Origin: Candidatus Heimdallarchaeota archaeon
Lineage (GTDB): Archaea; Asgardarchaeota; Heimdallarchaeia; Heimdallarchaeales; Heimdallarchaeaceae
DNA: 28,864 bases
NCBI GenBank assembly: GCA_019057815.1
Contig: JAHLWR010000032.1
Coordinates: forward strand, 1 to 28,864
Direction: 5' to 3'
Shown here: positions 17,686 through 26,671 of the stretch, piece after piece
Position numbering within the stretch: the stretch's first letter is position 1
How the letters are laid out: each line of letters starts with the position of its first letter
Translations under genes and position numbers: made by a program
The notes under the pieces: model-generated
Database searches by the model: none
The model's input: the letters and a program-made list of their open reading frames with translations, nothing else
What the model was told of the DNA's origin: nothing

Positions 17686-19014
17686 ATGAACATATCTAAA
17701 AAAGCGGAAAATCTAATTAAAGAATACGCAGTATGTAACTATTGTCTAGGGAGGCAATTCTCAAATTTGGGTACAGGAACAACAAATTATGAACGTGGTT
17801 CAACTATTAAATCATATTTGACAATGGAAATTTCTCATTCAAAATCAGATGACAATATTAATGTACTTCAACAACTTTCGCGTTCTAGCTCAAAAATGGC
17901 AAAAAGCCTTCTTTTAAAATGGGGGATTACACCGGAAGACACGGTAACTTGTCCCATCTGTGAGAATAAATTGAAGAATATTAGCGAATTAACTAATATC
18001 ATTATTGCAGAATTTGATGATTATGAATTAAATACGTTTCTAATTGGAACAATATTACCAAAGGAGTGGTTCGAAAGAGAAAGAAAATTGAAAGAAAGGT
18101 TTGATTTACACCAAACTGAATACTTGAAACAGGAATTTAATAGACTCATTGGTAAAAAAATATGCAAACAGAAGCCTTTGAATACAGATTTTAAGAATCC
18201 TGAAATAATTGCAGAAATCAATCCTCTCACACTCACAGTGAATCCAAGAATCGCGTCTCTCTATATCTTTGGACGTTATAATAAATACATTAGAACTATA
18301 CCACAAACTCGTTGGCCATGTTACAGCTGTAAAGGTAAAGGATGTGAAAAATGCAAGTATACGGGAAAACAATATCAAGAATCAGTTGAGGAGCTTATAG
18401 GATTTGAGGCAATTAAAACAGCAATGAGCGAGAAAATAGTTTTGCATGGTTCAGGAAGAGAAGACATAGATGCGCTTATGCTTGGTTCAGGAAGACCATT
18501 TGTTTTGGAAGTAGTAAAACCACGAATTCGTACTATTGATTTGAAGGAATTAGAAAGAAAAAGCAACGCATACACAGAAGGGAAAGTGAAAATTTCTGGG
18601 TATAGATGGTCATCAAAGAAAGAATTGGTTTATCTAAAAATGCATGCCCAACAAGCTGTAAAGAGATATCGAGCTTTAATCAAGTTTGATCAAGCTATCT
18701 CACAAGTTCAGTTAAAGAAAATAGAGTCGTTTTTTACAGATAGAAAAATTGAACAAAGAACGCCTATACGTGTAAAGCACAGGCGCGCAGATTTAATCAG
18801 AAAGAAAATGGTTTACTCAATCAGATGTATCATAAAAAAAGAAGATGAAATGGAAGCTATAATATCATGTGATGGGGGTTGTTATGTCAAAGAGCTAATC
18901 TCAGGGGATGATGGAAGAACTCTTCCAAACATCTCGTCAATAGCAGGAAGTTTGGGTTTTTGTAAAGAGCTTGACGTTTTAGAAATTGAAGAAAGAACAT
19001 ATAAAGAAATTTGA
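17686..19014 (+). CDS. pus10: tRNA pseudouridine 54/55 synthase Pus10
   Basis: Motifs CNYCLGRQF, THUMP region, GRYNK..R.IPQTRW, HGSGREDIDALMLGSGRPF, QRTPIRVKHRR and GGCYVKELISGD.GRT. Confidence 0.97.
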   Translation: MNISKKAENLIKEYAVCNYCLGRQFSNLGTGTTNYERGSTIKSYLTMEISHSKSDDNINVLQQLSRSSSKMAKSLLLKWGITPEDTVTCPICENKLKNISELTNIIIAEFDDYELNTFLIGTILPKEWFERERKLKERFDLHQTEYLKQEFNRLIGKKICKQKPLNTDFKNPEIIAEINPLTLTVNPRIASLYIFGRYNKYIRTIPQTRWPCYSCKGKGCEKCKYTGKQYQESVEELIGFEAIKTAMSEKIVLHGSGREDIDALMLGSGRPFVLEVVKPRIRTIDLKELERKSNAYTEGKVKISGYRWSSKKELVYLKMHAQQAVKRYRALIKFDQAISQVQLKKIESFFTDRKIEQRTPIRVKHRRADLIRKKMVYSIRCIIKKEDEMEAIISCDGGCYVKELISGDDGRTLPNISSIAGSLGFCKELDVLEIEERTYKEI

Positions 19015-19152
19015 TATAAAAATGCAGCCTAACATTAAAATACAATTTACAAAGAGCTAATTAGTAAAAAACTAAAACGACTAACGAAAAGATTAAAAAT
19101 TGCTTCTGGTTCAGCACACACATAACACTATTGTTTTTGATAGGTGTGGAAT

Positions 19153-19464
19153 ATGCGTAAATCCAAAGGATACCGAAGTAGAACTAGGTCATTGTTCAGA
19201 AAAGATGTCAGAAAGAAAGGCGTTCGACCACTAGACTATTTATTACGAGAATTTAATGAAGGAGATATAGTGGATATTATAATTGATTCCGCTATTCATC
19301 GAGGGATGCCACACAGAAGGTATCAAGGTAAGACAGGAGTAGTTGAGCGAAAACAAGGAAGATCTTATGTTATTGCCATAAAAACAGGTCGAATATTTAA
19401 ACATATAATCGCTAACAAAGAACACCTTCGTTTAAGTCGTTCAGTTATTTCAGCAAGTAAATAA
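19153..19464 (+). CDS. rpl21e: 50S ribosomal protein eL21
   Basis: MRKSKGYRSRTR, GMPHRRYQGKTG and EHLR. ATG at 19153 is preceded by AGGTG. Confidence 0.97.
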   Translation: MRKSKGYRSRTRSLFRKDVRKKGVRPLDYLLREFNEGDIVDIIIDSAIHRGMPHRRYQGKTGVVERKQGRSYVIAIKTGRIFKHIIANKEHLRLSRSVISASK

Positions 19465-19476
19465 AGATGTGATTTT

Positions 19477-19830
19477 ATGCCACGTGAAGTGTTGGAAAAA
19501 AAACCAATAACAATTGCAGAAGCTATGGCTTCTTTACAACAAAGAAGTGAAGAATCAGAGCTTTCTTACTGGCAACGTGTAGCATTTGAACATGCTATGC
19601 ATCATGCAAGAATAGAACCACAAGAATCAAGAGAAATAGTAGTAAAACTAACAAAGGATTTCGGGATATCAGAACTTTCAGCCTTTACAATCGCTAATAT
19701 TCTACCAACAACGCAAGAAGAATTAAAAGATTTACTTCAAAAGGATCCAGCGATATTATCAAACGCAGTTGCCAAAAAAATCTTTGAATGTATTAAACCC
19801 CTAGTAGAGAAATATTCCAAGGACAAGTAA
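19477..19830 (+). CDS. rpo4: DNA-directed RNA polymerase subunit Rpo4 (F)
   Basis: Motifs KPITIAEA, ELSYWQRVAFEHA and IANILPTTQEELK; canonical position between rpl21e and DUF655. Confidence 0.9.
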   Translation: MPREVLEKKPITIAEAMASLQQRSEESELSYWQRVAFEHAMHHARIEPQESREIVVKLTKDFGISELSAFTIANILPTTQEELKDLLQKDPAILSNAVAKKIFECIKPLVEKYSKDK

Positions 19831-19900
19831 TTTGGATACTTTTTTCTACAAACGGAAGCAAAAACTTTTTTTGGTAGATATCATTAGAAATGTGAGAGCT

Positions 19901-20572
19901 ATGGTCGCAAAAAAGTTCACAAAGAGAGAAAATCACTCCGAAAAAACCTCTAGTAACGATGAGTTTGTTTTTGGTAGAATAACTCATACTAGACAGATAC
20001 CAAGAAAAATCGAAACAAGTTGTTTAGTCTTAGATTATTTACCAGAGGGTAAAGGATTTAGCTCAAAAATAAGAGAACCCATAGTGCAAGGAATTGGAAT
20101 AACATGGTTTAGTTTAGTTGAACTTGCTATGATAAAGAAAGGAAAGTATCAACAATTTACAGAACTTGCTCTACCTCAAAAGGATAAAGAGATAAAAACA
20201 CCAGTTAGACAAATTAAACGCAAAATGGCAGTGGATAAACTGACAAACACAGCTCATCAAGCATTAGAAAACGCTGTAATTAAGATTATAGAGAGAAATG
20301 AGAAAAGATTTACCTCTTTCTTCAATAAAGCACAACCTATAACTAATCGCATTCATTCATTACAATTAGTACCAGGTATTGGCAAATCAACCATGTGGAC
20401 AATCTTAGAGCAAAGAAAAAGTATTCCCTTTGTGTCACTTACAGATATAGAGGAACGTACAAAAATCTCGGATATCCGTAGAATGGTTAGTAAAAGAGTT
20501 TTGCAAGAAATAGAAGGTGAAGAAAAGCATAGAATTTTTACAACAAGCTTAGAATCTACTGCTAGAAAATAA
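19901..20572 (+). CDS. DUF655 family putative RNA-binding protein (HhH)
   Basis: Motifs VLDYLPEG, PIVQGIG..WFSLVEL and FFNKAQPITNRIHSLQLVPGIGK. Probable ATG at 19901. Confidence 0.9.
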   Translation: MVAKKFTKRENHSEKTSSNDEFVFGRITHTRQIPRKIETSCLVLDYLPEGKGFSSKIREPIVQGIGITWFSLVELAMIKKGKYQQFTELALPQKDKEIKTPVRQIKRKMAVDKLTNTAHQALENAVIKIIERNEKRFTSFFNKAQPITNRIHSLQLVPGIGKSTMWTILEQRKSIPFVSLTDIEERTKISDIRRMVSKRVLQEIEGEEKHRIFTTSLESTARK

Positions 20573-20595
20573 TCATTCAATTTTCGGTTTTACTA

Positions 20596-21483
20596 ATGCG
20601 ATGCTGGAATTCAACAAGTGATTTGAAGAAACACGTTTTTAATTCACTAAAAGAAGCAAATATCAGTCCGTCCAGACATAGAGGTCAAAACTTTCTTATC
20701 AATGCAGATGTTGTGAATTTTCAGATCAATCAAGCTAACATAAGCCCATCAGATATTGTTATGGAAATAGGAGGGGGAAACGGAACATTAACGCTATGCT
20801 TAGCTAAGTTAGCGAAAAAATTATACGTAATAGAATCCGATAAAAGATTGGTCAATTATTTAGAGGAATTAATGAGCTCTTTCTCCAACGTAGAAATACT
20901 GTTTGGTGATGCTGTTAAAATTCCCTTTCCAAATTTCAATAAATGTGTTTCAAATTTACCATATCAAATTTCATCACCCATAACTTTCAAACTTCTTGAA
21001 AATCAATTTGATAACGCGATTCTTATGTATCAAAAAGAGTTTGCTCAAAGACTTATAGCAAAACCTGGAACGAAGAACTATTCCAGAATAACGGTTATGC
21101 TTAGATTACTTGCTTCATGTAAATATCTCCGTACAGTAAAGAGAGGTTCATTATATCCTCAGCCTAAAATTGATTCAGCGCTAGTGAGAATAGAGCCAAC
21201 AAAAGAAAAGAAAGTAGAAGATGTAAAAGATTTTGAAATCTTCAATACAGTGCTCTTTACACTTAAGAGAAAGCTAGTTTTAAGTGCTTTAAACGGATTT
21301 TTGAAGAGAAAAGCAAAGGAAATAACGCTTCACCCACACACAATCCTTGATTCTCTTCCCTATGCAGAACGAAGGATTTTTACATTAACGCTAGAAGAAA
21401 TAATTGAAATATATTCCCATTTAAAAAAACAAACGGGGGAAGAAGTATGGAAGAATATCATGTATTCCCGAAGTATGATGTAA
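20596..21483 (+). CDS. rsmA: 16S rRNA adenine dimethyltransferase RsmA/KsgA/Dim1
   Basis: Motifs GQNFL, EIGGGNGTLT, SNLPYQISSPI, MYQKEFAQRL and PQPKIDSA. Confidence 0.96.
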   Translation: MRCWNSTSDLKKHVFNSLKEANISPSRHRGQNFLINADVVNFQINQANISPSDIVMEIGGGNGTLTLCLAKLAKKLYVIESDKRLVNYLEELMSSFSNVEILFGDAVKIPFPNFNKCVSNLPYQISSPITFKLLENQFDNAILMYQKEFAQRLIAKPGTKNYSRITVMLRLLASCKYLRTVKRGSLYPQPKIDSALVRIEPTKEKKVEDVKDFEIFNTVLFTLKRKLVLSALNGFLKRKAKEITLHPHTILDSLPYAERRIFTLTLEEIIEIYSHLKKQTGEEVWKNIMYSRSMM

Positions 21484-22082
21484 AACTAAGGCTTCCCAAA
21501 GAAGTTTATTTTCCCTCTGATGATTCATTTCTTATGTTAGATAACATTGAACTACCTTCAAACTCGAAGATTGTTATGGAAATAGGAGGAGGTTCTGGAA
21601 TCATTTCTATTTATTTAGCTAAAAAACACCCTGAAGTAAACTTCATCGTAACTGACATTTCCTATCAAGCTACAGAAACAATCTTACTGAATCACAGGTT
21701 AAATAATCTCTGTAATCCTTTTGATATCATATGTACAAATAAATTGCAATCCTTTCACAAAGTCAGTCCAGATGTAATTATTTGGAATCCACCATATCTT
21801 CCTTCTGATGCTACTTCTGATACTTTACCCGCTTTTGAAAAAAACATGTTTATTGGTGGAAGAAAAGGAAGCGAAGAAGCTTATGATTTAATCGCAAAAA
21901 TAAGTGAATCTAACATTTCAACAGTTTTTTACACAATTTTTTCATCTTTAGGATGGAACAAAATTTTAGTGTCTCAGTTGGAAAACGAATCATGTAAGGC
22001 TGAAATTGTAAAAGAAACAAAACTTTTCTTCGAAGAATTATATTTAGTAAGAATAATAATTGGTGATAAGAACGTTAAATGA
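21447..22082 (+). CDS. HemK2/Mtq2-like protein glutamine N5-methyltransferase
   Basis: Motifs VYFPSDDSFL, EIGGGSG, NPPYLP and GGRKG; canonical neighbour of rsmA. Confidence 0.88.
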   Translation: MEEYHVFPKYDVKLRLPKEVYFPSDDSFLMLDNIELPSNSKIVMEIGGGSGIISIYLAKKHPEVNFIVTDISYQATETILLNHRLNNLCNPFDIICTNKLQSFHKVSPDVIIWNPPYLPSDATSDTLPAFEKNMFIGGRKGSEEAYDLIAKISESNISTVFYTIFSSLGWNKILVSQLENESCKAEIVKETKLFFEELYLVRIIIGDKNVK

Positions 22083-22836
22083 AAATAAAATAAATATTAG
22101 CGTTATTTTACTAGAGCCAAAAACACCAGGTAATATTGGTGCAATTGCAAGATTATGTAAAAATTTCCAAGTGAACGAACTAGTTCTGATAGCACCTTTA
22201 GGTGATTACTTATCAGATTTAGCAAAAGCAAGAGCTATGCACTCAATTGAAATCCTTCAGCAAGCTAAAATTCTAAATTCTCTTCAAGAAGTAAGAGATG
22301 ATGTAGACATTCTTATTGGGACTTCAGCAAAGGCAGGAGAAGCATACAAAGCTTACAGACAACCAGTTTTTCCATGGCAATTATCGGAATTACAAGCTGC
22401 AAGAAATAGTAAAGTAGGAATAGTTTTTGGTCGAGAAAATAGTGGGTTGTCTAACGAAGAAATACTATTCTGTGATTTTTTAGTTAACATTCCAGTTCCT
22501 GGAGAACACAAAGTTCTGAATCTTTCACACTCTGTAGCTATTGTTTTATATGAGATTTGGAAGTTAGTAACGCAAATTGATGTGAAAAGTACCGCACAGA
22601 GGACATCAACATATAAAGAACGAAAAGTACTGTTTGATGAATTTGATGAAATTGTAAAAATCTTGCCTTATAAAGAATACAAAAAACCTAACATTATGCA
22701 TTCATTTCGAACCATAATCAATAGGAGCATAGCTTCTGATGTTGAGATTCATGTTTTAATAGGTACATTTAGGAAAATGTACCAATTATTGTTCAAACAA
22801 ATAGAGGGCGATATCAATGAAACAGAAAGATATTGA
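22060..22836 (+). CDS. trmJ: TrmJ/LasT family SPOUT tRNA 2'-O-methyltransferase
   Basis: Motifs EPKTPGNIGAIAR..KNF, ARAMHS, IGTSA, IVFGRENSGLSNEE and VLNLSHSVAIVLYE. Confidence 0.9.
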   Translation: MVIRTLNENKINISVILLEPKTPGNIGAIARLCKNFQVNELVLIAPLGDYLSDLAKARAMHSIEILQQAKILNSLQEVRDDVDILIGTSAKAGEAYKAYRQPVFPWQLSELQAARNSKVGIVFGRENSGLSNEEILFCDFLVNIPVPGEHKVLNLSHSVAIVLYEIWKLVTQIDVKSTAQRTSTYKERKVLFDEFDEIVKILPYKEYKKPNIMHSFRTIINRSIASDVEIHVLIGTFRKMYQLLFKQIEGDINETERY

Positions 22837-23416
22837 AATTCTTCTTTCAAATCTTAAAACATTTGAGAAACCAAAAATACAGCTAGAACAATATCAAATA
22901 CCATCAAGGCTTGCAGCCATGATAACATGGAGGGCATTACAACTAGGGGATTTAAAGGAGAAAGTTGTAGCAGATTACTGTTGTGGAACTGGAATGTTTT
23001 CCATAGCTGCACAAGCATTAGGAGCAAAAAAGACTTATGGAATAGATATAGATCTTGATGCCTTGAATATAGCTAAAGCCAATGCAAAAAAAGCAGGAGA
23101 AAATGTCATTTGGTTACAAGAAGACATAAGGGAAGTTAATATGCACTTTGAAACTATTTTTATGAATGGTCCCTTTGGAATTCAGAGTGATACTAAGGAC
23201 AGAGAATTTCTTTCAGCTGCTCTAGAACATTCTGATGTTTGTTATTCTGTCCATCTTTCACTACCGCAAAACATTAATTTTTTAACAAAAATTATCGAGA
23301 AACATGGAAAAAAATTGACAGAAACAATTGAAGCAGAATTTGAAATTCCAAAAATATACTATTTCCATAAGAAGAGATATCACATAATCGTAGTTGCAAT
23401 ATTAAGAAGTGCTTAA
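22817..23416 (+). CDS. METTL5-like RNA adenine N6-methyltransferase
   Basis: Motifs FEKPKIQLEQY, CGTG, MNGPFG, DREFL, YSVH and IPKIYYFHKK. Confidence 0.9.
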   Translation: MKQKDIEILLSNLKTFEKPKIQLEQYQIPSRLAAMITWRALQLGDLKEKVVADYCCGTGMFSIAAQALGAKKTYGIDIDLDALNIAKANAKKAGENVIWLQEDIREVNMHFETIFMNGPFGIQSDTKDREFLSAALEHSDVCYSVHLSLPQNINFLTKIIEKHGKKLTETIEAEFEIPKIYYFHKKRYHIIVVAILRSA

Positions 23417-23423
23417 AACCAAT

Positions 23424-23600
23424 TTATTTGTTCTGTTCAGTTTTTAGTAGCATGAGCCGGTATTTTGAGTATTTTTGTGATTTTTCAATTGAAAATCTAG
23501 CAGGTCGAGGAGAAACAGTTTTACCTCCACATGCAGGGCATTTATCATCAGATAAACTATATGTTTTACACTCTATGCATCGAAAAATGGATTTTGTCAT
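23424..23600 (-). CDS. nop10: H/ACA RNP protein Nop10 (58 aa)
   Basis: Not in the ORF track. Manual translation: MTKSIFRCIECKTYSLSDDKCPACGGKTVSPRPARFSIEKSQKYSKYRLMLLKTEQNK*. Canonical position downstream of aIF2-alpha. Confidence 0.94.
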   Translation of the reverse strand: MTKSIFRCIECKTYSLSDDKCPACGGKTVSPRPARFSIEKSQKYSKYRLMLLKTEQNK

Positions 23601-23619
23601 TTGTTTTTTTGCTCATCTT

Positions 23620-24429
23620 TTATTTCTTGGTTACTTCTATAACCTGTACTGTTGCTTTATAGTTTGACAAGTGTTCTTCTAATTTATCAATTGTTTTAGA
23701 CATTAATTGTTCTGCTAGTTTGTAATCTCTAGCTTTTATCACAACCCGATAAATGGGTGCTCCTCTCGTAAAAATATTAAGGCTTAATTCCCCATCTTCT
23801 GCTTCAACTTTTTTATCCTCTTTTTTTGCTTCAAGGAGCGCATCACGAATAACAATAATGCCATTTTTTTCCCAACAAATTAGTTCTATATCCCTAACAA
23901 TCTCAACTGTGGGAATAGAAAGATTATCTTTAGCAATTGTTGTAAGAATTATCGCCCATTCCTCGGAAACGTCAGCTTCTAAAAAAGCGGATTCTGCTTT
24001 AAACAGGGCTTCCTCAAAAGCTACATAAAATGAGCCGTAATAATTTGTACAAGGATCTTCGACTTCAGTTCTTGCAATTTCAAAATCAACTTTTCTTTTC
24101 TTAGCACCCATTTCTAGAAGAGTTATGGCAGTTTTGTAGTGTTTAATTTCTTGAATTTTTTCTCGTTTCAAGCTCTCTGAAACTCTTTTAATACTAATAT
24201 CAATTTGATTTTCTCTTATGCGCATTACTCGACCTACAACTTTTTTACCAATACGCATAACGTTGCGAATATTGCGCACCCAAGTATTGGAAACCTCACT
24301 AACATGACAATATGCTTGAAGTGACTCTTCAGTGTATTCGTCTAGACTCACATAAACACCATGGTCATAGATTTTAACTACTGTACCTATCACTAAGTCT
24401 CCAAATTCGGGCAAATTCCTTCTGCTCAT
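23620..24429 (-). CDS. eif2a: Translation initiation factor 2 subunit alpha (aIF2-alpha)
   Basis: LPEFGDLVIGTV (S1 domain), HVSEVSNTWVRNIR, IDISIKRV and GAPIYR. Probable ATG at 24429. Confidence 0.95.
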   Translation of the reverse strand: MSRRNLPEFGDLVIGTVVKIYDHGVYVSLDEYTEESLQAYCHVSEVSNTWVRNIRNVMRIGKKVVGRVMRIRENQIDISIKRVSESLKREKIQEIKHYKTAITLLEMGAKKRKVDFEIARTEVEDPCTNYYGSFYVAFEEALFKAESAFLEADVSEEWAIILTTIAKDNLSIPTVEIVRDIELICWEKNGIIVIRDALLEAKKEDKKVEAEDGELSLNIFTRGAPIYRVVIKARDYKLAEQLMSKTIDKLEEHLSNYKATVQVIEVTKK

Positions 24430-24537
24430 TTCATTATGTTTTTGACTTGTTCTCTTTAAAAACTTCATCTTTATTGTGAGGTGAATGACTATATTAAAGT
24501 GGAAATTTACTTAAACCATTGAAACTAAAGTTATTAT

Positions 24538-25122
24538 GTGAAAGATAATGTTCGTTTTATAGGAATTGATGATGCGGCTTTTAACCGAGAAAAATCAAAA
24601 AAAACATTTGTTTTTGGTGTTGTAATGAGGGGTTATAATCTCATTGAGGGAATTCTACGAACCGATATCATGGTAGATGGATTGGATGCAACTACCAAAA
24701 TTCGTAAAATGATTAACGAAAGTAAATTTATTGGCCAACTAAAAGCAATTATTCTTGGGAGTTCAACCATAGGAGCTTTTAATTTAATCAATTTCGAGAA
24801 ATTATATACAAAAACAAACATACCTATTATTTCTGTTCTTTCAACTCTACCTGATGAAATGAAAGTAAAAGCTGCGCTAAAGCATCTTTCAGATGGTGAT
24901 GAAAGATTCAATATGCTATTGTCTAATCCTCCAATACAAGAAATTGAATATGTAAATCAGGCAGGTAGAAATTGTAAAATGTATGTTCAACAAATTGGAT
25001 TAAGTAGTCTAGAAGACGTAAAAGAGATTCTTAAAATCAGCACTTTTACTAGTTCTCTTCCAGAATGTCTAAGAATAGCAGATCTTATAGGCCAAAGCTT
25101 TAAAGACCATATCATATCGTAA
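24538..25122 (+). CDS. DUF99 family protein (endonuclease V-like fold)
   Basis: Motifs RFIGIDDAAF, GVVMRG, VDGLDAT, GAFNLI and LPECLRIA.LIG. Confidence 0.88.
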   Translation: MKDNVRFIGIDDAAFNREKSKKTFVFGVVMRGYNLIEGILRTDIMVDGLDATTKIRKMINESKFIGQLKAIILGSSTIGAFNLINFEKLYTKTNIPIISVLSTLPDEMKVKAALKHLSDGDERFNMLLSNPPIQEIEYVNQAGRNCKMYVQQIGLSSLEDVKEILKISTFTSSLPECLRIADLIGQSFKDHIIS

Positions 25123-25157
25123 GATTTCAGGCGCAGAATTAACCTTTTTTGTTGTTT

Positions 25158-25571
25158 TTAGAAATTGACATCTTCCCATACCTTGTGAAGGAGATGAGTA
25201 AATGCAGCAGCACAAAGCTCCTTCGGATGCATCTTTTCTTTATCCCAATAATGTTCAATGTATTTGGTTAAGACATCAATAAAATATTCTATTTCCGATT
25301 TCCTTTTAATATAAAGATAACCAACGAAAGCTTCAACCGCATCACCAAGTTCTCCTGCATTTTTTTTACTCCCAACATAGCTTCGCAAAGGTGAATTTTT
25401 ACAAGCCTTTGCTAAACTATAATCCCATACTTTTACACCTTGCAATTTGTGTGATGCACGGTATATAGCAGCATTATAAATGAAATTTACTACGGAATCT
25501 CCGAATTGACTTAAATCCTTATCACTTAAAACTTGCTTAATATCAGGTTTTTGAAAATAAGATTCTTTCAC
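25158..25571 (-). CDS. Archaeal ribonuclease III-like (Mini-III-type) protein
   Basis: DLSQFGDSVVNFIY and GDAVEAFVGY correspond to the RNase III signature helices; no dsRBD. Confidence 0.8.
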   Translation of the reverse strand: MKESYFQKPDIKQVLSDKDLSQFGDSVVNFIYNAAIYRASHKLQGVKVWDYSLAKACKNSPLRSYVGSKKNAGELGDAVEAFVGYLYIKRKSEIEYFIDVLTKYIEHYWDKEKMHPKELCAAAFTHLLHKVWEDVNF

Positions 25572-25587
25572 AGAGTTTCACCTGGAT

Positions 25588-25872
25588 CTATGCTAGTTTA
25601 ATTTTGCACAAATCCACAAACTCAGAAGACTGTTCTTTTATCTTTTCTAGTGCACTATAGATAGCTTGGATAGGATCTTCAGATTCATCTTTCATTCTAA
25701 CTTGAAAAATGATAGATTCATAGAATGATTCGTTTCTCCAGTATCCAGAAAAATCAACCTTAGGGTTTTTCGTTAGCTCATTTCTGAGTAGGTTAAATAG
25801 AGTGTGTGGGTCAGATTTCTTAATATTTATTTTTGCATAACCGTTTTCGTTTTTTAGGATTTCAATCTCCAT
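25588..25872 (-). CDS. rpo11: DNA-directed RNA polymerase subunit Rpo11 (L)
   Basis: MEIEIL...HTLFNLLRNEL...VDFSGY...DPIQAI; located in the csl4 cluster. Confidence 0.88.
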   Translation of the reverse strand: MEIEILKNENGYAKINIKKSDPHTLFNLLRNELTKNPKVDFSGYWRNESFYESIIFQVRMKDESEDPIQAIYSALEKIKEQSSEFVDLCKIKLA

Positions 25873-25953
25873 TTTCCTTCCTCGGTTTTGGTTTTTTTAT
25901 TATTTTATATTTGTTTTGATTTAGAACAGCTAATTTATTTATCCTCAATAAAT

Positions 25954-26646
25954 CTAGAGAGTATTCTCATTGAAAGAACAGAATTCACCAATAGATTTGT
26001 TATATTCATTCCTTACTTCTACTTTAGATAAATTGTCTATTAATTTAGCGATAACATTTTCCGGTGATTCTGTCAAAGATAATGAAGATCTATGCTCTCG
26101 AAAGTAATTGTCTTTTAACCCTTTAGCGATCACAAAATCTGGGAGAAATTGTGTTTTGTAGCAAACAGCGAGGATTACCCGTTTCATTGATTGAATTCTT
26201 ACATTATTGGGTAGTTGTTGAATAATTTCATATAGTTGTAAAACTATTTCCTTAATTTCCTCAATTTTTGCTTTAGAAATAAGCGTTTGATCTATCACAC
26301 GCGAAGAATAACCAGATATATTTAATACTGTAGCTATACTTTCTAAAGAAATAATTCTTGTACTCACTCGTTGAATTAGCTTGAGATGATGAGCATAAAA
26401 TCCTTCTTTATCAGGCACTACTGATGTTGAAAACATGCGACTTAATGTTTTTACGATTTCAACAGATTGCATAATTGATTCCCTTTCTCCAATTAAGCGT
26501 ATTTTCATGCTACCTAGTTTGTAACTTAAAGAAAACTCTACAAATCTCAAGGTGTCAGAAAGTAATTCGATAAAAAATTGAAGATATTTTTTGTCAGGTA
26601 AAGTAATAACAATGTCCTTTTGGGTCGTCTTTGCCAAAATTCTCAC
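25954..26646 (-). CDS. Conserved archaeal protein, possibly DUF2067 family
   Basis: 230-aa ORF between csl4 and rpo11, where DUF2067 is found in other archaea. N-terminus reads IVITLPD...FFIELL...MKIRLIG. The family call rests mostly on gene position. Confidence 0.55.
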   Translation of the reverse strand: MRILAKTTQKDIVITLPDKKYLQFFIELLSDTLRFVEFSLSYKLGSMKIRLIGERESIMQSVEIVKTLSRMFSTSVVPDKEGFYAHHLKLIQRVSTRIISLESIATVLNISGYSSRVIDQTLISKAKIEEIKEIVLQLYEIIQQLPNNVRIQSMKRVILAVCYKTQFLPDFVIAKGLKDNYFREHRSSLSLTESPENVIAKLIDNLSKVEVRNEYNKSIGEFCSFNENTL

Positions 26647-26671
26647 CTATTTAATTAATATGGTACAGAAA

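Noticed and set aside
10091-20580. Short alternative ORFs such as 12867-13058, 13383-13592, 15580-15891, 16723-17049, 18021-18575 and 19793-19987
   Set aside because: They overlap or run antisense to real genes, with low-complexity translations typical of AT-rich shadow frames.
23428-24911. ORFs 23428-23667, 23753-24028 and 24633-24911
   Set aside because: Antisense to nop10, aIF2-alpha and DUF99; the opposite strand has clear family motifs.
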